A stretch of 64,000 nucleotides of DNA from Tubulanus polymorphus. Taxonomy: Eukaryota > Animalia > Nemertea. A program made the position numbers and the translations under genes. This document shows, piece by piece, positions 21,201-33,709 of the stretch. The stretch's first letter is position 1. Each line of letters opens with the position of its first letter. The DNA is taken from the NCBI RefSeq assembly GCF_964204645.1, contig NC_134030.1, forward strand, positions 603,355-667,354. The letters run 5' to 3'. Below the pieces are notes generated by a model that did no database searches, was not told the DNA's origin, and saw only the letters and a list, made by a program, of their open reading frames with translations.

Positions 21201-23684
21201 AGAGGGGAGAGAGACAGAGAGGGGGAGAGGGAGAGAGAGGGGAGAGAGACAGAGAGGGGGAGAGAGAGGGAGAGAGAGGGAGAGGGGGAGAGAGACAGAG
21301 AGGGGGAGAGAGAGGGAGAGGGGAGAGAGAGAGGAGAGGGAGAGAGACAGAGAGAGGGGAGGGGTAGAGGGAAAGGGAGAGCGGAGGGGAGAGGGAGAGA
21401 GACAAAGAGAGGGAGAGAGAAGGAGAGGGGAGGCGGAGAGAGTAAATATATTTACCAAGCGACCACACCCCCGTGATGAGCAGGTTTAGCAAATAACTGA
21501 TCATGCCATAATCTGAGACGTTTAGCCTTACGGTCCGGGTGAATCAACTGAGACGCTGCCACCTATTATACAAAATATTCATTAATATTGATTTCAAATT
21601 AGTTTTATATTTAGTTGTTACCTAGTATAATTTCAACATGTACCCAGTTCCAGGCCCAGCTGCATTGTAATTTGTGACCTAATTCGAAATCATAAGCCTG
21701 GTCTTATATTCTAAGGTTGGCTATAGACCCAATATAGGTCCATTTTCAATTTAAGCTAATTACTTACGAGTTCTCAAATTTGAATTTATGGATCACGTTC
21801 CGCAGTTCTGGACTAGAATTTCACATAAGAGTATATGAACTAATCGGTAATCTTGAATTTCCGGACGAGAACCGGGCTGCTAACTCAGGACTGCGGAGTC
21901 AGGTCATACCCAGAAATGAACAAACGGTTGATCCAGATTTAGAATTCACCGAGTTTTGTTTACTTACAATAACTTGCGGTAAAAAGCAGAGGTCATGGAA
22001 TAGTTTAGTCAGACGCCAGTGTCCGAGAGCGTGCATGAGAACATTATTCGGGTCGTCAGTTTGATTCCTATGATATTCATACATCATTTCCATTCCTGGA
22101 TGTTTATAATTTTCGTCCTTAAAGTATAAAGGAAATAAAGCATTTCAATATAAGATAGCAGGTTTACTAAAAGTACTGGACCAAACTAAAAAACGTACAT
22201 AACAGAGAAACTATACCGATAGGGATCATTCATTTATTACGTACGCATAAGATTTGAATTTTTCAACCCCCCCTCCCCCTCTGTACGCAAAATCGGCCAT
22301 TTTTTATATACATTAAGCATTACAGTACGCGATTGCACTGACCCCTCCCCCTACCCTAATGCGTACGTAATAAATAAATGACCCCATAGCGAATGCAGAG
22401 ATTTACAAATGGCTTGTAGGTTATCTACCACATAGGATTAAGTACAGAAGAATAGCCATTAACTTTATTCAATGTTTGGGCTATACATGTATTCAAACAG
22501 GGTCATCTTCAGGGGCCGGTTCCATAGTCGAGACTTAAGTCCAAAAGTGGTCTTAAATCTCGAGACTGGTCTTAAGCTGTTAGATTAGCTATAGAACTAA
22601 TATAGTCTTAGAATGGTTGAAGTCTAAGCCGTGTCTATGGAACCGGCCCCAGGAATACTTGGTAATTTATGACTAATTCCAATCAGAGGCAAGCATTGGT
22701 TTATGTTTAACATAAAAAGGTTGAGAAAAATATGAAAATTGCAATTCATGATGTTTTCAATATAAAAATTTGAAACACCACCAGGGTCCGGTTTCATAGA
22801 CTGAGTATCAAAGTTATCCCTAGGGGTAAATCCTCAATCTGGTTGACAACCACCGTAGTAACAATGAGAAACCATGGTTATAACCGACAAATTTCAAAAT
22901 GTTCCGCGGGATTATTTCACTTCCATATCTATGAAACCCAGCCCTGGTCCTGGCGATCCTGTTAACAGATTTTTTTTTACTTACGACAAAGTATTTGTAA
23001 TCCTGTTCGGTCGTTAATACGGGTACATTCAACAGGAATCCATCCTTCCAGTATTGATTTATTTGAGCGTCTGTCAACTTGAACTTATTCCATTCAAACG
23101 GATTCTATAAGATTCAAAAAATATCCGTTCAAAAATCCGTCGGTCTAAAAGCGTAGCTGGTTATCTTCCACTGTCTGTGCCGTGTGGCATTAGGTTACCA
23201 TCCTCACTCGCCAGGGGCCCGGTATCGCTCCCCAAACTCGCTTCCCTCAGCGCCCCCTGGCCTCACGACGCGTGATTTCATTATTGGCGTCATACATCGA
23301 TTTGCAAAATACTTCATTGTTCGCTAAAACGTTCGCTGATTGGTCCATTTAACAGGAAAACCAATAGAAGCCTAAAGTCGTTTGTTACAAGCGCTGTGAT
23401 TGGTACGACCGGATTCTGGTCGGCTAGTAACGACTCCAACGACTCGTGAGGTCAAGAGGTTCAGCGAACAGCTTTTTAGCGTAGTGGGTTCGAATCCTTT
23501 GACGGGTGAAGATCTCCATAACCTACATCTACTCTTATCAACATACTTCGTTGTTAAATTAAAATTTAGAAAAAGCTCTCAAGTTTTTGTTTACCTGAAC
23601 CGGTTGGAATAGCTCCCCCATTGGTTCATGGACTGAACTATAGTCAGGCACTCCGGGTTTAAATTCTTTTGGTTCCACGGGCAT
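18274..23684 (-). CDS. Phytanoyl-CoA dioxygenase (PhyH) family Fe(II)/2-oxoglutarate dioxygenase, ~309 aa, 9 coding exons
   Basis: Exons (+ coordinates) 23595-23684, 22985-23104, 21968-22117, 21456-21562, 21022-21073, 20368-20505, 19169-19281, 18755-18854 and 18274-18333; all GT-AG with matching phases, 930 nt. Motifs: [40 protein letters not shown] (HxD), [46 protein letters not shown] (distal His and 2OG-binding Arg). Confidence 0.95.
18907..18942 (-). pseudogene. Hammerhead copy with a mutated core (CUAACGA, G5A), sense to the PhyH pre-mRNA
   Basis: Same stem II and GAAACGUC as 6407-6448, but C>T at 18940 and stem I lost. Confidence 0.7.
18960..19001 (+). ncRNA. Minimal hammerhead ribozyme, antisense to PhyH, in intron 18855-19168
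   Basis: ACAC-CUGACGA-U-GAUCUC-uagggu-GAGAUC-GAAA-UGUC-GUGU; core intact, one C>U change in the stem-III palindrome. Confidence 0.7.
19402..19850. mobile_element. MITE with internal triplication (~143-bp units); a monomeric copy lies at 22222-22385 in opposite orientation
   Basis: TIR gggatcattcatttattac(g/a)tacgca / tgcgtacgtaataaatcaatgatccc; the left end repeats at 19402, ~19544 and ~19687. Confidence 0.85.
19942..20138. mobile_element. Tc1/mariner-type MITE
   Basis: TA|cagtcaaacccctgata ... tatcggggggttgactg|TA. Confidence 0.75.
21105..21442. repeat. GA-rich microsatellite in a PhyH intron; (ATTAC)n at ~20861-20915
   Basis: Low-complexity purine tract visible directly. Confidence 0.95.
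22513..22649. mobile_element. MITE with CAG target-site duplication; same family at 48196-48333
   Basis: CAG|gggccggttccatag ... ctatggaaccggccc|CAG; internal gacttaagtccaaaagtggtcttaaatct shared with the 48.2-kb copy. Confidence 0.88.
22784..22944. mobile_element. MITE; same family at 53037-53185
   Basis: gggtccggtttcataga / tctatgaaacccagccc TIR, CAG/CTG flanks; near-identical internal sequence at 53.0-53.2 kb. Confidence 0.88.
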
Positions 23685-23986
23685 CTTCTCGTCCGACCTG
23701 ATTTCACCAGAACACAAAAAAAATCAGACAACATCAGTTTCTTTCATCATTCATGTTCATACTAAATTAATTTGTCAATTTGATTGATTTGAATTCGTCG
23801 GTATTTGTTGACCTCCGACTGTTTTACCTTTTTATCTATCTGCCCGTCAATGTCAACGCCTTCAGCTGATTACAGGTGATTGATTTCTGAGAGGTGGTGA
23901 ATTGTTTGCGACCAAACAGTCGTCTCAACCTTGATTTACTAATCGAATTATTGATTTTTATTTTGTTTACACAGATTTTTGATAAT

Positions 23987-23996
23987 CCGCCATTTT
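23987..23996 (-). promoter_or_regulatory. YY1-type AAAATGGCGG motif; probable PhyH transcription-start region with a leader exon ending at 23828
   Basis: Motif on the minus strand; AG|GTAAAA donor at 23827 and an acceptor at 23698-23699. Confidence 0.4.
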
Positions 23997-24344
23997 GAAT
24001 GGTCATATGACCCGCTGACGGAAATACCCGAGCTAGAATTTCCGAATACTTCCGAAACCTTAACCCGGATCTAGACTGGTTACCGGTCTCTATCTTAGAA
24101 TATGGGACATGTAACCAGTCTATACCGTGGCAATCTCGATGCCACCAGGTTCGAATCCCTCCCTGGGGGAGGATGGGCAAAAATCCTCTACCTTTCAACT
24201 TCAAGTGAAAAGCTCGAGGTGATTTCAGCGTCTAAATCCAACAAACGATACATCAATGAAGCACATCTTATATTTTGTTCATAACCAGATTCATCAAATG
24301 AACTGAGCTTAGGAGAGCAAAATTTGCAGGTCAGGGGCGACTGG

Positions 24345-24905
24345 CAGGGTCGGGCTATGGGTAATTTACTGGTAGGGTCGGGCTATGGGTAATTTACTGG
24401 TAGAGTCGGGCTACGGGGTGATTAACTGGTAGAGTCGGGCTACGGGGTGATTTACTGCTGAATAGAGGATGTACAGGGGGTGTCCCGGGTTTGAAACCTA
24501 GTAATTACTGACACTGATTCAGAGTGGTCCTGATGCTGAATAGAGGATGTACAGGGGTGTCCCGGGTTGGAAACCCAGTAATTACTGACACTGATTCAGA
24601 GTGGTCCTGATGCTGAATAGAGGATGTACAGTGGTGTCCTGGGTTGGAAACCCAGTAATTACTGATGAGTGGTCCTGATGCTGAATAGAGGATGTACAGG
24701 GGTGTCCCGGGTTTGAACCCAGTAATTACTGATACAGATTCAGAGTGGTCTAGATGCTGAATAAAGGATGTACCGTGGATTAGCAGATTTTTCATACACT
24801 AATGTGAATTGTCTCTGGCAAACCAAGAGTCTACTGCCAGAGTCAGTTCGTGTTAGTTATGCAAATCCAAGCATAGTGAATCTTAAGAATCGGCAGAACA
24901 TAGCA
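24345..24905 (-). repeat. 29-bp tandem (24345-24455), then an inverted copy of the 17.0-17.5 kb repeat plus a fragment of its hairpin MITE
   Basis: gatgtacaggggtgtcccgggtt..cccagtaattactga units; 24780-24870 is the reverse complement of 17275-17370. Confidence 0.85.
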
Positions 24906-27804
24906 TCGCAACCACTGACTGGTGAACTAATTAAGTTCAGAGTAGCTAATTAACTAAACAAACAAAGAGTTTCTAACAATTATATTTACTCTCATACAAC
25001 AATTATACGAAATGCCAGGTGTGCTCGAGGAATTATAACTTAAGTTCCTCAAACACGTGGACTGTAATTCAAAAACAGTCTAACCATGGACGTATAAACT
25101 ATAAACTAGAGTTTATACGTCCATGGTCCAAGCATAGACTATAAAACAAAAATGTCTATGGCCCAACCATGGACTCTAAACTGTGAGAGTGCATGGCTCC
25201 CCGCACTAAAACCAGAGATAAACCTGGCCGAATACCCTGGAAAGCGTAAGATTTAATGAATCGTTTACCTGGCCGGCCGCCTATCTACCTTAGACCTTAC
25301 ATTACTTTTTTTGATATCATGATCAAGCTAAACATAACAGACACGGCAGATAGAAATTAGCTGATTACAAATTTCATTGATTTATGAAATGACCCGGCCG
25401 ATCAGGAAAAACAAGGTATTATCATTAGCCTTTTAATGACTTAGATTATACAAAATATAAGATTACTAGCTTTTAATATCACATATGCTACATCATGGAA
25501 GGTATTTCAAGGTTTTATTCGCCAAAAACATTTCCACTGCAACTGATTCATACAATTTGAATCAATAGGAAAATGATAAAAAATTACACACAGAATTGTA
25601 AACCTTGATCCATAAAACACCGACAATTAGGACTAGTCTGAATGTCTAAGACTATTAATTTGACATTCATGAAGTCACTGGGCATAAGTGACACTTGGTT
25701 ATTTCATGAAATATGAAGCATTCAATCATATCAACTATTCAAATGACAATGTAAGAGAGATTTAAGATATTCTGTTTATACAAATAAAACTGCATAACAT
25801 AGCTTTGTATTCAAGGAATTATCATGTAAGTTCTTCATTAACAAATGGGTGAAAAACATAAAAGCATTAAAACCATAGATTAAACCAACAGATTCACTGT
25901 GGAAAGCTTCAGATTAACTAATCAACTAATCAATCCTTATTTTCATTAACATTATTTAACAAGATAACTAGAGTTTTGCCAACTTTGCCTGAGATTTTCA
26001 AACATTATCAACGTTATTTTCTCTACATTGTTTCGTTTAATGAAAAGTATTTTGAAGGTTTTTTAATTAAGACATATTGAGTATCATGATATAGATATTG
26101 TTCCATTATCCATTTGAATATAGCTAGGTAAATTATAAATAACTGATTGCTAAAGTATCTACAATTATCTACAACTTTTTTCGATATTTGAAATGGTCTA
26201 GTGCCTTAATTCTAAGCACAGCCAGCTAGCTAGCACTGGATCCTCTATAACCATATAGCGCACATAAAACCTGTCCAACATTGTATGCATGAGTTATGAA
26301 AAATAAATAAACTATATATAGCCATTGTAAAACTGACAATCAAAACAGGACAATTTATTAATCAACACTGTTCATATATCCTCATTTATAAAAACTACTG
26401 CTCCACTTTATTTGATAGGACATCAGTTTGATGGTTGCTATAAACTGAACTGACCAATCGAAAAGTTTTAAGATGAATAATGAACACGTATGTGTCGTTT
26501 TGTTCTCATGACAAAATTACACCTTGCTAAATGACAGGTATTTAATCGAGGAATTATCTTGTAAGTTCCTAGTAAATAAATGAACTGCACTTTAAAAACA
26601 GCTCAACATAAAAGAGACAAATCCTACTAAGTCATCCTGGAAAGCTTAGTATTAACTTAACGTTCTAAATTTCATTTTCATTAACATCATTTTTACTAGA
26701 CAACTAGAATTTTCACTGCACCTTGTCTTAACTAAAGATTTTCAAACATTATCAGTTCACTCATTTAATTCAATGTTATCTCAAGGAAAACATGACAATA
26801 ATTTTACTATCGATAACTAATCACGTTTATAGCTGTTTAACATTCTTTCTAAAAAAGAGTAAAATGTATCTCCCAGATATTATCCCTAAAACAATTAACA
26901 GTTACAGCAGTGATAGGGTGTGGTATATAGGTAAAAGGACGCGTGATCTTTCATCAGCTATTCGATGCATTCTATCGAATCAGTTATTTTTTAGTGTGTT
27001 TGGTTTATTTAAGGTTTATGGTTATTTGTTTTGTTTATTACTGATCCGATAGAACACTTAAAACAACAACAAGAAGATCTCAAGAGGTTGGGAACCACAG
27101 AGAAGGTTGTTCTATGAAAGAAGAACCTTTAATAATTAGATTAAGTTGATAAGAAAAAATTCCTGATGACGGAGCCCTATATTAACTTATTGTTTGTTGG
27201 TTTTGTTTATTTTTTTATTACTTATAATTTTATTTGTTTTTTTTGTATATTATTTATTTTGTTATGTAGTTTTTATCCTTTTTTTTTAATTATGTTCTCT
27301 GAATTTTGTACTATTTATTACTATTTACATCAGAATTTTTTACCGGTGAGATTATGGGCTCAAAATAAAATTATCTGATACTTACAGCAATTAATGTCTT
27401 TCCGTCCATTATAAAGGACAATTTTAATATCGCTCGAAGCCAAGCAGATTCGAAGAGACGCCATCTTAACCAGGAAGTAACTTGCTACTTTACATGTTTG
27501 ACCTTATTTGACATGCATCGAAAATGTAAAATGGAGGATGGGCACAACCGGTCTCTAATGAAAGATAGAGACCGGCAACAAGTCTAATGTAAACTGGCAA
27601 CCAGTCTACTACCAGAGGCGCGTTCGAACAAAAACCAACCAAACTCTTATTACCACGTGCCACGAAAACGTGTAGATTTCGGATGTAGGAACGGAAAATG
27701 TTGGTCGCGCAGTCCAGACCTGCAGCTTGCCACCACCATTTCAGACCCAGTCTAACTGACAATGGCACAGTACTGGCGCTAACGTTGGCAACGCTGACAA
27801 ATTA

Positions 27805-27900
27805 ATCCTCGCTTGCCGGGGTTTAAATTGGCGCCCCTTATTGGTAGAAAAACAACGCATCTGATTGGGCAGAACCAATTAAACCCCGGCAAGCGAGGAT
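27805..27900. mobile_element. Short foldback element with a perfect 22-bp inverted repeat
   Basis: atcctcgcttgccggggtttaa / ttaaaccccggcaagcgaggat. Confidence 0.7.
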
Positions 27901-27986
27901 AGCTAAATGCGCGGCATGGAAGGCGAGGATTACGAGTGATGCGTCGCCGGTACTGAGGTGGTAAAGTTGCGAGACCAAGATAACTA

Positions 27987-28174
27987 CAGGGCTGCCAACC
28001 TTTGAAAAGTCCTATCAGTAGCAAATTGAATTTTTTTCAGTAAGGTTTCATTGAAATATGAAAGGAATGTTCAATTAATCAGTAATCAACGGCAAGACCT
28101 TCACAAATCAGATCAGTATTTCTCGTTATATAATACTAACTAATACTGGAAATCAGTAACAGTTGGCAGCTCTG
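27987..28174. mobile_element. hAT-like MITE
   Basis: cagggctgccaac / gttggcagctctg TIR with flanks taacta / taatta. Confidence 0.6.
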
Positions 28175-31100
28175 TAATTACTGAGAGTGGAACAAGCATC
28201 ACAAGCATAGATACAGTGATGATCGTTATTTAACTCTTACTGCAACTGTTTAGCAGTTTCAAATTAAACGCAATTGTATTCATCTTAGACACTGATTATA
28301 TCTCTTATTCCATCTATGACAGCCACCTTACGACGCATGCGATTAGAAGTGATTAAAAGTTATTAAGGATTAGTACAATAGATTTTTGTCGAGAGGTGGC
28401 CGCAACTGAAAGAATTTAAGACCTGTCTAAGTCTTAGAACTAATACAAATTTAAAGATCACTTCAGTCAAAACGGCGCAAACGGATTCAAAAATTTGGAT
28501 GGGGAAAAAAACTTGAGAGGACCAAGTGGTTGAATCACCACAGATCGCACTCAGAATAAACAACACAACACGATAATAAATATATTTATTTATACACAAT
28601 AGATTCCGCCAGGTTTCTTTCTGTTCTCAGTTTCTGTGAACTTGATCTACATCACCAGGCATTCCTACAATTAATACATAAACACTTATTACATTGGACG
28701 GTATTCCTGCTGTGGCAAGCGAACATTTCGATAAGTCACGCAACCATCCTCGCTTGCCTCAATGGTCAAGCGGCCACCAGTCTATATATCTAGCCAATCA
28801 GATGCGTAGCGAATCAGCGAGTGACAGACAACGTGTGATTGGGTTAATATTATAGACTGGTGGCCGCTTAGCGGCAACCTGGCTAGCGAGAAGCACTTAA
28901 CTCGGTTGCCAGTTGCGAATCCAGAGTTAGACAGGCTGGGCCAAATTCGGTAATAGGTAGCTAGTCGACCAGTGGTTGGAACTAATAACCGAATGCGCTT
29001 GATTTTCGAACTATTTCCGGAATATAGTTCCGACATTTGACATGAGTTACTCGGGACTATTATAAGTCGACTGACTCCGATAACCGAAGGTGGCCCTGTG
29101 TGTAAGGTGCAATCGTAATGCAGCCTTCGTTGTTTTCTGGGTCTACATAGTATCCACATTCAATAAAATAGAATTATAAGTGAGCGCTTCAATGCCAATA
29201 CATACGTCACCGTGCGAATAAAATTCATTGTATTGTACTTATTATACAGGTAACCAGTCTAGTAGTAGCAACGACCGTATAGTGGTGCCATCTGTTATGT
29301 AGCGGTACCGCATTGTTATTTATGAATAGGTTTTAAGTACTTTAAATAATGCAATTTTTACGAATTTCTTTTTTCTTCTTAATATCGCCAATTTTAATTA
29401 TTGAAATGTTTAATAAAAATGAAAGTACAACTACCTTATGTGGGTATGAATCAGTCGAGTCTTCATGGGTGAATAATCTCATTTGGTAGAACTCGGATAA
29501 TTTTGAAGCTGAAACACGTAAAATAACAGATATCAATTAAAACGTGTCTTCCAATTTTCTAGATGTGCCCCTTATATATTAAAATGTTACAATTCCTACC
29601 ACTGTCAGATCTCAAAGAAATTATTGTCTCCAATTGAGTGTACTTGTCTTCACCAATGACTTTTATAGCCACTCAAGCAGTGGATTCATTTCTACCTGCA
29701 GCAGGTAAAAATGATTGACGCTGACATGAAAAAAAATATAAAAAGTTGGTGAAATTGAATCAATTAAAATGCATTGAAGTGGAGGGTCACAGAGTATGCA
29801 GTGAACACAAAAAGGGTTTAGATTATGACAATTAGCCAGCTGTATAGCGTCCCTAATTCTATCAATGACAACCATCTTTTGACTCATACAATGTATTAGA
29901 ATAGAAGAGAGTTAAAATGAAGGATTAGTATTTATTATATTATAATTGAGATATAGATGATCATGCAAGAGGTTTAGACAGAGATTTTATCAGAAGGTGG
30001 CTGTAACTGATAGCATTAAGGAGTAGCGACTGTTCACAAGTTCATTCACAAACAGTGAATCATTATTATACAAGTTGTTTTAATTGTCTGTCAGTGGTAA
30101 ATATCACTAATACGTAACTTATATATGTGTTAGGGCTCCTCAACTGTTGAATGACTGCAGAGTTCACTTCAAATCAGATATTTGTTTCAACTCATGATGA
30201 CGGACACTGAAATAAGAATAACAGATTCTATAACATTTATCTCTTATAGATTCCTCAAAACAACAGAAAATTGTCTCGATACATACATGTAGACTGTTTC
30301 CTGGTCATCTACTGGTAATCGGTCATCCCATGGACAATTTGTCATTGCCTAACAAATAATTAATGAAAATAATGAAATTGTCTCCATACACACAAACCAC
30401 ATCACGTACATTGTGGGTTTACTTACAACAAATTGTCTTAACAGAACAGCACTTGAGGGAATTATTGCTGACTATTTGTATGTATGTCTGTAACTGACTA
30501 AACCATTGACTGTGGAGTAACTACTGGTTCTACTCATTACAGTTCAACTAACATTGATCAACACTGAAAATAACAGATTCTATAACATCTATCTCTCAAA
30601 GATTCCTCTACAGAATATAAAATACAAAATCAGTTGTTGAAAATGAATTTGTGTCCATACACACATACCACTCGTATCTGTAGCCATCTGCAACCATTGA
30701 CTGCGGAGATCAGTTCAATTCAGCTATTGGTTTCTGTACAGTTCAACTTATAATGATGGACACTGAAATGAGAATAACATATTATCATGACATCTATTCA
30801 TCAGATTCTATTGCAGGAAATTCTGTTTCCATACAAACCACTTATTGATAGAAGAGTTGAAACATGTTCAGGACCAGAGTTCAGTTCTCCTAACAGATTA
30901 AAACAATATGGAAAATCATTGATAACTAAGGGATAAGTGTTTCAAGTTAATATAATTTGTCTCTCTGTGCACGTATCACATGTATGTAGCAGACTCTGAA
31001 ATGAGAACAATATAGATTCAATCACACATCTACCGTATTTCATAGATTTCGAAAAATTAAAATCATTGATAACGAAAGTTGTCGTGATACATACATATCA

Positions 31101-31897
31101 ACATTGGAATTATAACATCCCTGGTTCAGGTCTCTTCAGTTATAGTTAAACTAATGATGATGGACACTAAAATGAAAAACACATTCAGTCCATAACATTA
31201 TATTCATCAGATTCTTCTGCAGGAAAATCATACGGTAAGATATCGATAATCAGAAAGTTGTCCTGATACATACACATTGACTAAAGAGTTAGGATATTCG
31301 TGGTTCATGTCTCTCAGTTACAGTTTAACTAATAATGATGGAGGCTCAGTCAATTGATAATAACAAAGTTTCTTCTGAAGGAAAACAAACTGAATAAAAT
31401 CATAAGAAATTAGTTGTTGAAATCAAATAGAAATTGGCTCCATATACGATACATACCACTCATCAGTAGCTAGCACAACCATGAGTGTAATTAACAGATC
31501 ATCTCCTTAAACAGATTCTTTAAACTGAAGGAAAAAATTAATAAAATTGTTAATGATGAAATAAGCTAATGATGATAGACACTCAAAAGAAAAACACAAA
31601 GTCCATAACATTATATTTATCAGATTCTTCTGCGGAAAACTAAAACAGAAAGACGTTGATAATGAAAATTGTCCAGATAATTGTCACATCCACGGTTCAC
31701 TTCTCTGAGTTACAGTTCAACTAACATTAACGGACACTCAGACAAATCATAATAACACAGTTCCTTCTAATGGAAAATGAAATGGAGAATCATAAGGAAT
31801 TAGTTGTTGGAATCAAAGTAAAATTGGCTCCAGATACGATACATACCTCCCATATCAGTAGCCAGCACAACCATGAGTGTAATTAACAGATCATCTC

Positions 31898-32470
31898 CTT
31901 GGATGTTAAGTTCACCAGACAGTGTCTAACTGGAGGTAGATTTTGCAGCACTTGGATGTTGAGTTCACCAGACAGTGTCTCACTGGAGGTAGATTCTGTA
32001 GCACTTGGATGTTGAGTTCACCAGACAGTGTCTCACTGGGGGTAGATTCTGCAGCACTTGGATGTTGAGTTCACCAGACAGTGTCTCACTGGGGGTAGAT
32101 TCTGTAGCACTTGGATGTTGAGTTCACCAGACAGTGTCTCACTGGGGGTAGATTCTGCAGCACTTGGATGTTGAGTTCACCAGACAGTGTCTCACTGGGG
32201 GTAGATTCTGTAGCACTTGGATGTTGAGTTCACCAGACAGTGTCTCACTGGGAGTAGATTCTGTAGCACTTGGATGTTGAGTTCACCAGACAGTGTCTCA
32301 CTGGGGGTAGATTCTGTAGCACTTGGATGTTGAGTTCACCAGACAGTGTCTCACTGGAGGTAGATTCTGCAGCACTTGGATGTTGAGTTCACCAGACAGT
32401 GTCTCACTGGGGTTATTTTCTGTAGCACTTGGATGGTGAGTTCACCAGACAGCATCTCACTGGGAGTAGA
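31898..32470. repeat. 53-bp satellite, array 1 (~11 copies)
   Basis: Unit cacttggatgttgagttcaccagacagtgtctcactgggggtagattctgcag. Confidence 0.97.
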
Positions 32471-33709
32471 TGATCTCAGCGTGAATGATAGAAAAATAAT
32501 GAAAAGATATACATGTTAGAATATAATCATACAGTAGACAGAGTAAAGTTTAACTGCTTTGACTCGTGGTAAAAACATGTGCTTCAAATCAGGAATTGTC
32601 AATGTTCCTGAATCTATATTTCAAAACATCACGTGATGTCCAGCCTGCATGTTTAAGTTCATTCCAATAAAATACATTGCACGATGAGGTTACAATTTAG
32701 AATTGAATCACATAACATACTCAAATATTTTACCTGCTGATTTCTCCATTAAAACCTAGGAATTTCGAATATATTTCTAAGATGCCAAATTCCTCGTCTA
32801 AGCTAAACTCGCCCCTAGTGGTTTATAAAGACGACCGACACCTCTTTCTTTCTTTCTGTTTATTCTTTTTTTGCGCCCGTGAATTATGCTTAAACATGTT
32901 CGAGGTGATTTTTTCAAACTGTTTTAAGGTGCGTCCCCGCAGACAACTGAGGCTAGGATAGAAATGCCCGTATCTCTTGACGCACATGTCTACCCTATCG
33001 AGTAAGTGATCGTACACACGATACTCTCGGGCCCCGGAGTCCGCGGTTCAGTAAAGGAGCGTCCGATGCCCTGATGCTATCGTCCTCCCCGGGTGGCCTT
33101 TCGCCATCCCTGTCACCAAGCATATTCACTTTAAGGGCTACCAGCCCCCTTACCGCCACCGCTATTTTTCTTCCCGCCGTCTCGCAACCACAGAAACGAG
33201 TTTAACTAAGAAAAGGAAGAACCCGAATGGATTCAATTGGATTTATACGTGTGGTCAGGTTTGGGTTTGGTTCCCGAGACACCGAGCACAGCGTATTTCG
33301 ATGTGACCATTTTGTCACTTTCCGTCGCTGATTCAGAATGAGTTGCCAAAGTGAGATTAGAAATGAATCGGCGAAATAAATAATTTTGAAATCAACAAAT
33401 AAAATATCTGGATTTCATGTATTCAATGAAAACCAATTCTAGACCTCATGATTGAACAAATGAATTTTGACAGTTATAAATTAGAAAATGGTTTGGAAAT
33501 ATTGAGCCATTTGACAACCACGCATTGAATCATGTAGCTAATTGGGATTCCCTCAAAACATGCAGTCAAAAGGACAACTGGTCAAATTGTTGTCTTTACA
33601 GAATATCTTAGAATTTTAGGTTTAAAAATTCTAAGAGAATTCAAACCTCTGAAAAAAATTCAAATTAGAAATTTGTCTATTCATTACTCACCTTCTGTAG
33701 CGTGTGGAG

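Noticed and set aside
20935-21504. 189-aa and 146-aa Leu/Ser/Pro ORFs
   Set aside because: GA microsatellite within a PhyH intron; only the embedded 21022-21073 exon is real in that frame.
23430-24200. GGTTCGAATCC B-boxes as tRNA genes (~23488, ~24148)
   Set aside because: No acceptor or anticodon stems could be folded; probably decayed SINE heads.
27490-27768. AAGLDCATNIFRSY as a tyrosine-recombinase C-terminus
   Set aside because: Only a vague resemblance; the catalytic R and HxxR motifs were not found.
33020-33160. GC-rich structured segment as an HDV-like ribozyme
   Set aside because: I could not assign the nested double pseudoknot (P1-P4, P1.1) on either strand by eye.
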